From a virus (taxonomy: Duplodnaviria > Caudoviricetes), in the IMG/VR virus record IMGVR_UViG_3300037755_000280, positions 1 through 60,196 of that record: 60,196 nt of DNA; one strand, 5' to 3'. Below the pieces are notes generated by a model, which did no database searches, was not told the DNA's origin, and saw nothing but the letters and a program-made list of their open reading frames with translations. Below are positions 8,472 through 18,987 of this stretch, one piece after another (the first letter of the stretch is position 1; the number at the start of each line of letters is the position of its first letter). A program made the position numbers and the translations under genes.

Positions 8472-10250
8472 ATGGCACGACTGGGCAACAAGCCCAAGAA
8501 CATCGACAACGCAACCCGCGCCCCCAAAACCCTCGTCGCCGCCGCCAAACGCTTCAAGGGAGCCGACGACCACACCCGCGTCTCCCGCACCGGCGACGGC
8601 TGGCAGCAAGCTGCCTGGCACTTCTTCAACACCGTCGGCGAATACGCCTACGCCGTCAACTGGGTCGGCAACCTCCTGTCCCGAGCCAAGCTCCACGCCA
8701 CGAGGGACACCGGCGAAGGACCCCGCAAGGTCGAAGACACCACCGACCCCGCCGCCATCCTCGTCGACGCCCTCTTCTACGACGAACAAGGCCGCTCCAC
8801 CGCCCTCCAGCAGATGGGCGTCCACTACACCGTCGCCGGCGAATGCTTCATCGTCGGCACCGAAGACAACACCGGCCAGGACTGCTGGGAAGTCGTCGCC
8901 TCCGGGCGCATCAAGCCCGACGGCAAGCGCTGGCTCATCGACGGCTCCCCCCAACCCGAAGACGCCTTCGTCATGCGCTCCTGGCGCCCCCACCCCGCCG
9001 ACCGCCGCGAAGCCACCTCCCCCTCCCGAGCAGCCCTCCCCCTGCTGTCCGAGATCGAACGCCTCACCATGCACGTCGCCGCCCAGGTCGACTCCCGCCT
9101 CATCGGCGCTGGCATACTTTTTCTCCCGGACAGGATGACCTTCGCGGTACGCACCGAGAACGGAGAGGTCATCACGGGCAACTCCGACGCGTTCGCCGAC
9201 ATGCTCGGCGAAGTGGGCGGCCGGGCCATGATCAACCGCGACTCCCCCGAGGCCAACGTCCCGGTCATCGTCACCGCCGACGGTGAGGCCATCGGCAACG
9301 TGAACCTGCTCAAGCTGTGGTCCGAGCTGGACGAGCACGCGGTGGAGCTGCGCACCGAGGCCATCCGCCGCCTCGCCCTGAGCATGGACATGCCACCGGA
9401 GATCCTCACCGGCGCCGGTGACACGTCGCACTGGAACGCCTGGTCGATCGATGAATCTTCAATCAAGTCCCACACCGAGCCGCTGCTGAACCGCATCGCC
9501 GACGACCTCGCGACCGGCTACCTGCGCCCCATGCTCATCCAGGAAGGCATGGACCCCGAGGAAGCACGCACCTACTCCATCGGCGTGGACACCACCGAGA
9601 TGCGGCTGCGCCCCAACCGGTCTCGCGAAGCCCTGGAGCTGTGGGATCGCGGCGTACTGAACTCTGCCGCGCTGGTGGAGGAGACCGGGTTCCGCCCCGA
9701 CCAGATCCAGGACGACGCCGAGCACCGTCGCTGGTTCCTGGACCGTGTCGCCGGCGGCCAGACCCAGCCCGAGATCGTCGAAGCCGCCCTGCGAGCCCTC
9801 GGCATCCGCCTCGACGTCGTCCCGGAGGCCAACGCGCCCGACGACGAGCGTCCCGGCCAGCACGAGGCACGCCCCACCCGTTCCCTGGAGGACCACCCCG
9901 ACAACTCACCGCCCGACCGGGACGACGCGATGGTCGCCGCGTGTGAGGTGCTGGTCTTCCGGGCCCTGGAACGGGCCGGGAACCGGCTCAAGAACAAGCG
10001 GCAGAAGGCCATCCCCGGGGTGTCGGCGGCCGAGTCCTACCTGTTCCACAAGGTTGACACCTCCACGCTCAACTTCATCCTGGAGGACGCCTGGAGTGCC
10101 GTGGACCGGTTCGCCGGCAAGTGGGGCGTGGAGGCAGGCAGGCTCGCCGACAGCCTGGACGCCTACGCCCGCGCGATCATCCTGGAACAGAAGCCGCACG
10201 ACCCGGCGATGATGCGCTCCTTCATCAACCTGGTCCGGGAGACACGATGA
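8472..10250 (+). CDS. portal protein
   Basis: 592 aa after terminase; LRTEAIRRLALSMDMPPEILTG..SHWNAW motif of actinophage portals. Confidence 0.9.
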   Translation: MARLGNKPKNIDNATRAPKTLVAAAKRFKGADDHTRVSRTGDGWQQAAWHFFNTVGEYAYAVNWVGNLLSRAKLHATRDTGEGPRKVEDTTDPAAILVDALFYDEQGRSTALQQMGVHYTVAGECFIVGTEDNTGQDCWEVVASGRIKPDGKRWLIDGSPQPEDAFVMRSWRPHPADRREATSPSRAALPLLSEIERLTMHVAAQVDSRLIGAGILFLPDRMTFAVRTENGEVITGNSDAFADMLGEVGGRAMINRDSPEANVPVIVTADGEAIGNVNLLKLWSELDEHAVELRTEAIRRLALSMDMPPEILTGAGDTSHWNAWSIDESSIKSHTEPLLNRIADDLATGYLRPMLIQEGMDPEEARTYSIGVDTTEMRLRPNRSREALELWDRGVLNSAALVEETGFRPDQIQDDAEHRRWFLDRVAGGQTQPEIVEAALRALGIRLDVVPEANAPDDERPGQHEARPTRSLEDHPDNSPPDRDDAMVAACEVLVFRALERAGNRLKNKRQKAIPGVSAAESYLFHKVDTSTLNFILEDAWSAVDRFAGKWGVEAGRLADSLDAYARAIILEQKPHDPAMMRSFINLVRETR

Positions 10251-12721
10251 AGCTGGTCGCAGACATCGAGGAGTTCGTGGCCCGCCGGCGGGCCAGCCAG
10301 GACACAGCCATCGACCGGCTTCGCACGGCGGTGCGCGAGGGCTTGGCCGTCTTCGGCTCGCCCGCGTGGGACACCGAGATCGCGCTGATCGCTGGCGATA
10401 TCTGGGACACCACCCAGGAAGAGGATGGCGGCGACGTGCCGGCGCCGGCTGGGTTCTTCGAGGCGCTGGGTGAGTCGCTGGCCCAGACCAGCCGGCCGGC
10501 CGACCCGCCCGACGCGGCGCAGGTGGAGCGGGTGGCGACCTGGGTCGCGGTCTACACGATCAACGCCTCGACCAACGCACTGGCCCTGGAGGCCCAGACC
10601 GGGCAGGAGGACCTGGTGCTGCGCGAGTGGGTCACCATGCGCGACGCGGACGTACGTGACCTGCACGTGCCGCTCGAAGGTGACCAGCAGCCCGTGGGCC
10701 AGCCGTTCCAGGTCGGGCAGTGGGAACTGGACTTCCCCGGCCAGCCGGTCGGGCCACCCGAGGTGTGGATCAACTGCCGATGCGTCATTCGACCAGTTCT
10801 GGGAGGAAACATCGTGGCAGCAGCAGTGACCGAAGAGGCCGCCGAAGAGACTGGTGACCCCGTCACCGACGAAGAGATCGACGAGCTGATGGACCAGGCC
10901 GACCTCGACCCGGGCATGGTGCCCATCCACGGCGTGCTCGTGGACAACACCGAAGAGACCGGCGACGGCCGCCACATCCAGGGCGAGACGCCCGTCATCG
11001 CCGTCGAGGACGGCCCCATGGCCCTGCGCTGGGTCAAGTACGACACCGGGGAGCACAACGGCGCCGTACGGGTGGCGACCATCACCCAGGCGTGGCGCGA
11101 GGGGCAGCGCATCCTGTGGAACGGGCACCTGATGCTCACCCCCGAAGCCTCCGAGGTGCTCGGACTACTGGCCGAAGGGCGCGTCGGCCTGAGTGTGGAC
11201 ATGGACGACGTGGAGTTCGAGGTCGACGAGGAGCGCGGTGTCGCCCACGTCATCTCCGGGCGCATCCGCGGCGCCACGCTCGTGGACATGGGGGCGCTGA
11301 CCACGGCGTGGGCCCAGCTCGGCTCCTGGGAGGACGTGCTGACCCTCGCCGCATCGGGGTGCGCGCCGTGCCAGGAGCAGATGATCTACCGCACCTTCGC
11401 GATCAGCGAGCAGCCGTGGGACGGGTCGGCGGGCCGGTTCACCGACGAGCAGTGGGTCCGCTCCACGGTGGTGGACCGCGGCGAGGAGTTCGACACCGCC
11501 AAGACCCGCTACGCGGTCCCGATCCGCGAACCGAACGGCGACCTGTCCCGAGCGGCCGTACACAACGCCGCAGGCCGGATCGACCAGGTCGAGGGTGCCC
11601 CTGCGAGCGCCATCGCCGCAGGCAAGCGTGCCCTGGTGCGTGCCTACGGGGAGTTGGACGAGGAGCCGCCGGAGTCCCTGACTGCGGCCGGCCAGACGTT
11701 CCAGGTGCCCGGCATCCCCGCGATCACGAAGGACGCACCCGGATGGCTCACTCACCCGACCGACACCGCGCGGCTGCGCCGCTACTGGACCGAAGGGGCC
11801 GGCGCCGCGAAGATCCGCTGGGGCGCGCCCGGGGACTTCAACCGGTGCCGTACCCAGCTCGCCAAGTACGTGCAGCGGCCCGACTACCTGGCGGGCCTGT
11901 GCGCGAACATGCACTTCGACGCGCTCGGGTTCTGGCCCGGGGAGCACGCACGCCTGACCTCGGGCGCCGTGATCGCGTCCGCCTTCACCATCTACCAGGA
12001 GGCCGACGTGCTGCCCGCCGAGTGGTTCGAGAACCCGAACCTGCCCATGCCCACCCCCGTCACCGTCACCAAGGAGGGACGCGTGTTCGGGCACATCGCC
12101 CAGTGGGAGGTCTGCCACACGGGCCTGGGCCTGTCGGTCGGGAACGGAGACGTGTGCACCACGGCGCCGCACTCGACGTCGAACTACGCCTACTTCCGCA
12201 CCGGCGTCGTGGACACCACAGGCGGTGAGATCGCGGTGGGGAACCTGACGATGGGGATCGGGCACGCCGGGGACCGGCTCTCCGCGCAGGCCACGGCCTC
12301 CCACTACGACAACACCGGCACCGTGGTGGCCGACGTCGCGGCCGGTGAGGACGAGCACGGCATCTGGTTCTCCGGGGCGATGCGCCCGGACCTGACCGAG
12401 GAGCAGGTGCGCCAGTTCAAGGCGGCCACCCTGTCCGGGGACTGGCGCACGATCGCCGATGACTACGAGCTGGTCGCGGCGCTCGCGGTGAACGTGCCCG
12501 GCTTCCCCATCCCGCGGGTGTCGATCGCCGCCTCGGGTGGCCGCCAGACCGCGATCCGTTCCGCCGGCATCGTGCCGCCGCAGGAGAAGCTGCCCGGTGG
12601 CCTGTCGGTGCGGGACTTCGCCCGCCAGGTCGAGGCGGAGCTGGACCGGCGCCGCAAGGCGCGCGAGGTGAAGCGCAAGTTCCGGGCAGCGCGGCGTGCC
12701 GAGCTGGCCAAGAGGCTCTGA
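10247..12721 (+). CDS. MuF-like minor capsid / capsid maturation protease fusion
   Basis: WVTMRDADVRDLH...INCRC (MuF-like); TGDGR and LSVD protease-like segment; GRVFGHIAQW..CH C-terminal domain. Confidence 0.85.
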   Translation: MKLVADIEEFVARRRASQDTAIDRLRTAVREGLAVFGSPAWDTEIALIAGDIWDTTQEEDGGDVPAPAGFFEALGESLAQTSRPADPPDAAQVERVATWVAVYTINASTNALALEAQTGQEDLVLREWVTMRDADVRDLHVPLEGDQQPVGQPFQVGQWELDFPGQPVGPPEVWINCRCVIRPVLGGNIVAAAVTEEAAEETGDPVTDEEIDELMDQADLDPGMVPIHGVLVDNTEETGDGRHIQGETPVIAVEDGPMALRWVKYDTGEHNGAVRVATITQAWREGQRILWNGHLMLTPEASEVLGLLAEGRVGLSVDMDDVEFEVDEERGVAHVISGRIRGATLVDMGALTTAWAQLGSWEDVLTLAASGCAPCQEQMIYRTFAISEQPWDGSAGRFTDEQWVRSTVVDRGEEFDTAKTRYAVPIREPNGDLSRAAVHNAAGRIDQVEGAPASAIAAGKRALVRAYGELDEEPPESLTAAGQTFQVPGIPAITKDAPGWLTHPTDTARLRRYWTEGAGAAKIRWGAPGDFNRCRTQLAKYVQRPDYLAGLCANMHFDALGFWPGEHARLTSGAVIASAFTIYQEADVLPAEWFENPNLPMPTPVTVTKEGRVFGHIAQWEVCHTGLGLSVGNGDVCTTAPHSTSNYAYFRTGVVDTTGGEIAVGNLTMGIGHAGDRLSAQATASHYDNTGTVVADVAAGEDEHGIWFSGAMRPDLTEEQVRQFKAATLSGDWRTIADDYELVAALAVNVPGFPIPRVSIAASGGRQTAIRSAGIVPPQEKLPGGLSVRDFARQVEAELDRRRKAREVKRKFRAARRAELAKRL

Positions 12722-12730
12722 GGAGGAGCG

Positions 12731-12874
12731 ATGGCATGTGCCTGCAAGAACCGTGACGCCCGCAAGGCCACCTACACGGTCACCTTCCCCGACGGTTCGA
12801 CCAAGTCCTACCGGTCGGAGATCGAGGCCAAGCGGCAGGTGGCGCTCAAGGGTGGGAAGTACGAGAAGAAGTGA
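12731..12874 (+). CDS. small basic protein MACACK... (47 aa, not in ORF track)
   Basis: AGGAGGAG RBS, ATG 12731 to TGA 12874. Confidence 0.7.
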   Translation: MACACKNRDARKATYTVTFPDGSTKSYRSEIEAKRQVALKGGKYEKK

Positions 12875-12877
12875 CTC

Positions 12878-12903
12878 GCGGGGCCCCCACACGGGGGCCC
12901 CGC
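12878..12903. terminator. GC-rich hairpin
   Basis: GCGGGGCCCCC-ACAC-GGGGGCCCCGC right after the stop codon. Confidence 0.55.
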
Positions 12904-13034
12904 TCACGTAGAGGTACACCACAAACAGTACCTAACAGCCTCATCTGTTACGATCTGGCACAGAAGCATGTCGCACGACCGGGTGCCCATAGGGCGCGTG
13001 CAAGACCACGCCCTACGCATCCAAGGAGTGCGAC

Positions 13035-14696
13035 ATGGACTTCGAGTTCCCAGACCTCAGCGCCCTTTCGGGCGAGGCTCTTCGCGAGGCCCGCGCCAGC
13101 GCGCACCAGGCCGCCCTGGCGCTCAACGCCATCGACGACGACGACTTCACCGACGAGAACAGCGAGCAGCTCAACAGGCTCCTGGACTTCCGGGACGAGG
13201 CCGACAAGCAGATCACCGCCGAGGACACCGCAGCCTCCGAGCGCGCCGCCACCCGCGAGCGTGCCGCAGCCGCCCTCGCAGACCCCGAGCCGGACCCCGA
13301 GCCCGAGCCGGAGGCCGCAGACCCCGAGCCGGACCCCGAGCCCGAGCCGGAGCCGGAGTCCGAGGCCACACGCCGGGCGGCGCCGGAGCCCGTCACCGCC
13401 GGCGCCAAGCGCGCCAAGCCCAAGGTCACCCGGCGGGCCGCCGGCGCCGCCCCCGAGCCGGTCGAGCCCCGCACCCTGGTCCCGACCATCACGGCCGCCG
13501 CCGACGTGCCCGGGTTCGTCATGGGCTCCGAGCTGACCGACCTCGACCAGGTCGCACGCGGCTTCATGGAGCGCTTCCGCGCCATGCCGCGCGGCAAGGT
13601 CGGCCGGGTCCAGAACCGGTACGGCGTCGCCTCCATCACGTTCAACCGCACCGACGGGCTGGTCGCCTCCAACTACCGCACCACCCAGGAACTCATCCAG
13701 GCCGCCTCGGTCGAGTCCCGCCTGCGTGGCGGCTCCCTGACCGCGGCCGGCGGCTGGTGCGCGCCCTCGGAGACCCTGTACGACCTGTGCACGATCGAGT
13801 CGACCGACGGCCTGTGGGACCTGCCCTCGGTCCAGGTCGACCGCGGTGGCATCCAGTTCACCAAGGGCCCCAACTTCGCCGACTTCTACGCCTACGCGGC
13901 CACCGCCTTCCAGACCGAGGCAGAGGCCGAGGCCGGCACCGAGAAGCTGTGCATCGACGTCGAGTGCCCCCCGTTCGAGGAGGTGCGCCTGGACGCCGCG
14001 TACGTGTGCGTCAAGGCCGGCATCCTCACCAACGCCGCCTACCCCGAGCTGGTGCGCCGCTACATCGAGGGCACCCTCATCGCCCAGCAGCACGCGATCT
14101 CCGCCCGGCTCATCGCCGACGCAGAGGCCATCACCGGCGCCGCCATCGCGGTCCCGGACGTGTGGGCCAACGCGACCAGCATCCTGACGGCGCTGGAGCT
14201 GGTGGCCGAGGGCGAGCGTGAGCGGTTCCGCATGGCCCGCTCGGCGACGCTGGAGGTCCTCCTGCCGTACTGGGTGCGCCCGGCACTGCGCGCGGACCTG
14301 TCCAACCGCACCGGGGTGGACCTGACCAACGTCACCGACGGCATGCTGGACGCCCACTTCGCCAACCGCGGACTGCGGGTGCAGTGGCTGTACAACTACC
14401 AGCAGCTCGACGTGGACACCGCCGGGATCGCGACGGACTACCCCACGACGCTGGAGACGATCATGTACCCGGCCGGCACCTTCGTGATGCTGACCGACGA
14501 CGTGATCCGCCTGGACGCCGTGTACGACTCCGTCGGCCTGTCCACGAACACGTACACCGCGATGTTCGCCGAGGAGGGCATCGCCCTGGCGAACGTCTGC
14601 CACGACCCGCGCCGCATCAGCTTCGACCTGTGCGTCTCGGGCAACACGGCCGCCGCCATCATCGAGCAGTGCTTCGGCCAGGCCCCCGCCGAGTGA
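13035..14696 (+). CDS. major capsid (hexamer) protein with N-terminal scaffold-like region
   Basis: LTAAGGWCAPSETLYD motif; acidic DPEPEPE linker; gene order. Confidence 0.9.
   Translation: MDFEFPDLSALSGEALREARASAHQAALALNAIDDDDFTDENSEQLNRLLDFRDEADKQITAEDTAASERAATRERAAAALADPEPDPEPEPEAADPEPDPEPEPEPESEATRRAAPEPVTAGAKRAKPKVTRRAAGAAPEPVEPRTLVPTITAAADVPGFVMGSELTDLDQVARGFMERFRAMPRGKVGRVQNRYGVASITFNRTDGLVASNYRTTQELIQAASVESRLRGGSLTAAGGWCAPSETLYDLCTIESTDGLWDLPSVQVDRGGIQFTKGPNFADFYAYAATAFQTEAEAEAGTEKLCIDVECPPFEEVRLDAAYVCVKAGILTNAAYPELVRRYIEGTLIAQQHAISARLIADAEAITGAAIAVPDVWANATSILTALELVAEGERERFRMARSATLEVLLPYWVRPALRADLSNRTGVDLTNVTDGMLDAHFANRGLRVQWLYNYQQLDVDTAGIATDYPTTLETIMYPAGTFVMLTDDVIRLDAVYDSVGLSTNTYTAMFAEEGIALANVCHDPRRISFDLCVSGNTAAAIIEQCFGQAPAE
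13277..13352 (+). repeat. 39-nt period tandem duplication encoding ADPEPDPEPEPE twice
   Basis: CGCAGACCCCGAGCCGGACCCCGAGCCCGAGCCGGAG at 13277 and 13316. Confidence 0.85.
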
Positions 14697-14701
14697 TCTG
14701 A

Positions 14702-14739
14702 CCGGGCGGGGGTTCTGACGGCCCAGAACCCCCGCCCGG
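14702..14739. terminator. 16-bp stem hairpin after the capsid gene
   Basis: CCGGGCGGGGGTTCTG-ACGGCC-CAGAACCCCCGCCCGG. Confidence 0.65.
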
Positions 14740-14763
14740 CCCAGACCGGAAGGAGGTCGGCCG

Positions 14764-15564
14764 ATGCCACTGGCAAATCCTGTCTACATCGAGGCCCCGA
14801 GCGTCTCAGCGTCTCCCGGGGGCCTGTACGCGGTCGCGAACGTCATGGAGGGCGATCCGCACATCGGGGCCTCCGGGTTCCGCTACCTGTCCCAGAACTG
14901 CGGCGTCGCCTCCGCACTGGACGACCCGGCATGCATCACGGCCGGTGAGCGTGCGGAGAAGACGTTCGGTGAGACCGACGTCGTCACCTCCACCGACCCG
15001 TTCGCCGTCTACAAGGGCGTGCGGTGTGAGGACCTACACGAGGACGACACCGGCTGGGCCGAACGCGGCCTGGAGCTGACTGAGGACATCGCCGTCGAGC
15101 AGCAGGTCATGTCCGAGCTGCTGTTCGGTGCCACCGACATCACCCCCACCCCGGGCACCGCCGTCACCGTCCGGGAGGGCATCGCCCTGCTGGAGGCGGA
15201 GGCCGGCGCCACCTACGGGGGCCTGCCTGTGTTCCACATGGATCGGGGGACCGCCACGATCGGGTTCTCCGAGCGGGTCCTGGAGCACGACCTGAACTTC
15301 ACGGTCATGACCATGCAGGGCTCCCTGGTGGCCAACGGTGGCGGCTACTCCGCCAACCTCGGACCTGACGGCACCCCGGCCGATGCGGGTGAGGCGTGGA
15401 TCTACGTCACCGGCGCGGTCACCGTCATCCGGGGACCGGTGGTGGTCAACCGTGTGCTGGCCGTGGGTGAGGGGCTCAACCTCCAGCAGGCGCTGGCCGA
15501 GCGGCTGATCGCCGTGGCCGCGGAGTGCATCAAGTACGCCGTCCTGGTGGAGCTGGTGATCTGA
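14764..15564 (+). CDS. probable major capsid pentamer protein
   Basis: Follows the hexamer gene; PFAVY, GGY, WIYVTGAV and AER motifs of this actinophage family. Confidence 0.7.
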   Translation: MPLANPVYIEAPSVSASPGGLYAVANVMEGDPHIGASGFRYLSQNCGVASALDDPACITAGERAEKTFGETDVVTSTDPFAVYKGVRCEDLHEDDTGWAERGLELTEDIAVEQQVMSELLFGATDITPTPGTAVTVREGIALLEAEAGATYGGLPVFHMDRGTATIGFSERVLEHDLNFTVMTMQGSLVANGGGYSANLGPDGTPADAGEAWIYVTGAVTVIRGPVVVNRVLAVGEGLNLQQALAERLIAVAAECIKYAVLVELVI

Positions 15565-15566
15565 GG

Positions 15567-15902
15567 ATGACCAGCGTCTCCTACGGGCCCCGATCCCAGG
15601 CCAATGCGCGCCTGCTCATCGACACTGCCGTCTCCCTCGGCTACCCGTCGTCCGTCGTGAAGACGACGGTGACCGGCTACCGCGTGCCGGACGACGTCCT
15701 GGAGGCCGCGCTCGGGGTCGGTCAGGTCCACGAGGGCGTCCAGTACCCGCCCCCATCGCAGGTGCCTGCGGCGGCTCCTGACAAGCCTCGGGGGAACGCG
15801 TCACGTGACGCGTTCGCCGAGTACGCGCAGACAGTCGGCCTCCCCATCACCGAGGCCATGTCTCGCAACGACATCCGCAACCTCGTCAACGGAAAGGAGT
15901 GA
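15567..15902 (+). CDS. hypothetical virion-associated protein
   Basis: PRGNASRDAFAEYA...SRNDI C-terminal helical motif; in structural operon. Confidence 0.6.
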   Translation: MTSVSYGPRSQANARLLIDTAVSLGYPSSVVKTTVTGYRVPDDVLEAALGVGQVHEGVQYPPPSQVPAAAPDKPRGNASRDAFAEYAQTVGLPITEAMSRNDIRNLVNGKE

Positions 15903-15905
15903 CCC

Positions 15906-16826
15906 ATGGTTACTCGTTGCGGTAGCTACGTCCGGGGGCGGATGCTTCGAGCCACCCGGCTGGACTCGTGCGGCCGGGTCGTCTACGGCCCTGACTCCGT
16001 CGTCACCTCCAAGGGCTTCGTCTCGGTCGCCTACACGGCCAACATCGACGAGGGCGAGGAGATCAACGTCCCGGACGCCTCGGGTGAACGGTGCATCTAC
16101 GTGCCGGCCAACCCCAGCCTCTTGGGCTACACGGTCGAGATCACGTTCTGCAACGTCGACCCCGACCTGTTCGCCCTCATGACCGGCCAGCGCGTCGTCA
16201 CCGACGCGTTCGGCGTCGTGGTCGGCTTCACGATGGACACCGCTGTCAGCAGCCAGGACCAGGCATTCGCCCTGGAGGTCTGGGCCGGCGCCCCGAGCAC
16301 GGCAGGCTGCGAGAACGGGGCCGAGGGCAACTTCGGCTACATCCTTCTGCCGTTCCTCCAGGGCGGCGTGGTGGGCGACTTCACCATCGAGAACGCCGAG
16401 GTCGCCTTCACCATCTCCAACGCGGCCACCAAGGACGGCAACGCCTGGGGTGTTGGCCCGTACGACGTGGTCCTGGACGCGATGAGCGCCCCGTCGCCGC
16501 TGCTGGCGCCGCTGACCACCACCGACCACCTGCTGTTCATCCAGACCGGTGTCGCACCGCCCGAGGCGCTGTGTGGCGCTCGTCCGCTGCTGGACCCGAC
16601 CGACGACCCGCTGGAGGCCGTGGACACCACGATCGACGGGCTGGAGGTCACCTTCACCCCGTCGCCGTCCTCGGGCGACCCGTGGTGGATGGACTTCGGG
16701 GACGAGACGTGGGACTACTCCGCCGACGGCGGCGACCTGGTGCACACCTACGTGGAGGCTGGCACGTACTCGTGGACGGCCTACCGCAACGACTCGATCG
16801 TCGAGGGCGACGTCACCGTCTCCTGA
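15906..16826 (+). CDS. major tail protein with C-terminal PKD/Ig-like domain
   Basis: RATRLDSCG...FCNVDPDL...FALEVW; WMDFGD...HTY PKD-like signature. Confidence 0.85.
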   Translation: MVTRCGSYVRGRMLRATRLDSCGRVVYGPDSVVTSKGFVSVAYTANIDEGEEINVPDASGERCIYVPANPSLLGYTVEITFCNVDPDLFALMTGQRVVTDAFGVVVGFTMDTAVSSQDQAFALEVWAGAPSTAGCENGAEGNFGYILLPFLQGGVVGDFTIENAEVAFTISNAATKDGNAWGVGPYDVVLDAMSAPSPLLAPLTTTDHLLFIQTGVAPPEALCGARPLLDPTDDPLEAVDTTIDGLEVTFTPSPSSGDPWWMDFGDETWDYSADGGDLVHTYVEAGTYSWTAYRNDSIVEGDVTVS

Positions 16827-16848
16827 CCGGTTCAAGACAACGCGCGAG

Positions 16849-16880
16849 GAGGTGGGGCTGAGGAGATGCAGCCCCACCTC
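16849..16880. terminator. hairpin after the major tail gene
   Basis: GAGGTGGGGCTG / CAGCCCCACCTC 12-bp stem. Confidence 0.55.
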
Positions 16881-16901
16881 TGACCGGAGGAGGAGCAGGA
16901 T

Positions 16902-17630
16902 ATGACGACCGAAGCCGAAGTCGAGGCCCGGTTCCCCGACAACACGACGGGCGACATCGACGCCGACGATGTACGCGCGTTCGTGTCGGCTGTCTGGGAG
17001 CGCTTCAACGGTGCCACTGCCGTGGACGGCATCCTGTTCGACACGAGTCCCCCGATACCCGCCCACACGACCGGGCATATGCACTGGAACACCACCGAGG
17101 GCATCCCGGAGGTGATGACCGACATCCCCGGCGTCGTCCTCCAGATCGGTCACGAGTTTTTCGCCGAGGTGCGGAACAACTCCGGTGCGACGATCCCGAA
17201 CGGGCGCGCGGTACGGGTCACAGGCGGGATCGCCACGCGGCCCACGATCGCACTGGACGACGGGGAGGGCGGCATCCTCGGGCTGACGACTCACGAGATC
17301 GCGAACAACTCCAACGGGAAGGTCACCCTGTTCGGGCTGGTGCGCGGGCTGAACACGTCCGCGTTCTCTGGAGGGGACACGCTCTACTCCTCGTCCACGG
17401 GGACGCTGACCACCTCGATCACGTCCTCGTTCGTCGGGTACGTGACCGACTCCCACGTCAGCAACGGGAGGGTCCTTGCCACACGGCTACGCACCGACGC
17501 GGCAGCGGGGACCACGGCTCAGCGGCCCACCACGAGGGCTCTGGGCTTCCGGTACTTCGACAACACGCTCGGCATCCCGATCTGGTGGAACGGGAGCGAC
17601 TGGGTCGACGCCACAGGCTCGGTGGTCTGA
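16902..17630 (+). CDS. putative virion fibre/decoration protein
   Basis: Gly/Thr-rich beta sequence; C-terminal GTTAQRP..YFDNTLGIPIWWNG motif typical of fibre proteins. Confidence 0.55.
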   Translation: MTTEAEVEARFPDNTTGDIDADDVRAFVSAVWERFNGATAVDGILFDTSPPIPAHTTGHMHWNTTEGIPEVMTDIPGVVLQIGHEFFAEVRNNSGATIPNGRAVRVTGGIATRPTIALDDGEGGILGLTTHEIANNSNGKVTLFGLVRGLNTSAFSGGDTLYSSSTGTLTTSITSSFVGYVTDSHVSNGRVLATRLRTDAAAGTTAQRPTTRALGFRYFDNTLGIPIWWNGSDWVDATGSVV

Positions 17631-18505
17631 TGAGCGTCGAGAACGAGTTCTCGGCCGCGTTCTCTGCCGCGTTCGACGCCACCTCCAGCGATTTCCCGGG
17701 CCTGCTGACCGAGTGCTGGCCGGTGAACTGGGAGGTGTGCCCGCCGGACATCCTGGAGGAGATCACGCCCGAGGCCAAGGCGATCTCCGAGGCCCTGGCC
17801 GTGCAGTCTCTGCGCATGCTCACTGGGTTCCGGGTGGGGGGCTGCCCCATCACGGTGCGCCCGTGCAAGCGCGACTGCGTCCCTGGCACATGGCTGACCG
17901 CACCGGACCCGGGACTGATGTTCGCCGGCGTGTACGGGTCCACGTTCTCCCCCTACATCATGAACGGGCAGTGGCTCAACGCGTGCGGCTGCCGCAACGA
18001 CGACTGCTCCTGCACCCGCGTGCGCCAGGTGATCCTGCCCGGCCACGCGGGGCGCGTCGACCAGGTCCAGGTCGACGGCGTCGTACTGCCGCAGGCCGCC
18101 TACCGGGTCGACAACGGCAACAAGCTCGTGCGTCAGGACGGCGAGGACTGGCCCGTCTGCCAGGACATGAACCTCCCCAACGGTGAGGTCGGCACCTTCT
18201 CGGTGACCTACCTCGACGGCAACCCGGTCGACGGTGTCGGCTCCTACGTGGCGGGGCTGCTGGCCGCAGAGTTCGCGCGCGCGTGTGTCAACGCCGACTG
18301 TTCGCTGCCGCGGAACGTGCAGTCGGTGACCCGGCAGGGCATCAGCATGCAGATGACCCCCGAGGAGGTCGACTTCCCCGGGGGGTTCACGGGCATCCAG
18401 ACGGTGGACAACTGGGTGCGGATCTGGAACCCGACCGCGACGCTGCCCTCGGGGATCTACTCCCCGGATGCGCGGCCCGCCCGGCGCACCACCTGGGGGG
18501 CCTGA
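17630..18505 (+). CDS. head-to-tail adaptor
   Basis: CWPVNW, CPITVRPC, WPVCQD and SVTRQGIS motifs. Confidence 0.75.
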   Translation: MSVENEFSAAFSAAFDATSSDFPGLLTECWPVNWEVCPPDILEEITPEAKAISEALAVQSLRMLTGFRVGGCPITVRPCKRDCVPGTWLTAPDPGLMFAGVYGSTFSPYIMNGQWLNACGCRNDDCSCTRVRQVILPGHAGRVDQVQVDGVVLPQAAYRVDNGNKLVRQDGEDWPVCQDMNLPNGEVGTFSVTYLDGNPVDGVGSYVAGLLAAEFARACVNADCSLPRNVQSVTRQGISMQMTPEEVDFPGGFTGIQTVDNWVRIWNPTATLPSGIYSPDARPARRTTWGA

Positions 18506-18987
18506 TGAGCGTCGTCCCACCGGAGGACTACACCGAGGACACCGTCGTCTGGCCGGTCATGGAGGCGCTGCGCCAGTGCCTGTGCGACACGCTGACCGAG
18601 CGTGGCCTGATGCCGGGCGCGTGCTTCTGCGGGATGGCGCCGGGGGCGGAGGTGTCGTGGGACTACTCCTCGGGGCTGGCGTGGGTGCGGCTGGACACGA
18701 TCGTGCCGCTCACCGAGACGGCGAACACCGGATGTCAGCCGCCGCTGGAGGCCACGTTCGACATCGGGGTACTGCACTGCGCCCCCAAGATGTCCGCGAA
18801 GGGTACCCCGCCCGACGAGGCGGCCCAGCGTGAGGCGACGCGGTTGCAGCTCGCGACGATGTCGGCGATCTCGTACGCCATCACTTGCTGCTACCCCGGT
18901 GACGGCCTGTCTCTGGGCACCTACACGCCCCTGGGCCCCCAGGATCTGGTAGGGGGGGCCTGGTCGGTCTCCTACGGAGGCTACTGA
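18505..18987 (+). CDS. tail terminator / neck protein
   Basis: Position; AWVRL..GVLHCAP..GPQ...GGAW pattern. Confidence 0.6.
   Translation: MSVVPPEDYTEDTVVWPVMEALRQCLCDTLTERGLMPGACFCGMAPGAEVSWDYSSGLAWVRLDTIVPLTETANTGCQPPLEATFDIGVLHCAPKMSAKGTPPDEAAQREATRLQLATMSAISYAITCCYPGDGLSLGTYTPLGPQDLVGGAWSVSYGGY

Noticed and set aside
13277-13352. Tandem repeat in the capsid gene as a variable or DGR-type element
   Set aside because: It is a simple in-frame duplication in a Pro/Glu linker, and no reverse transcriptase is present
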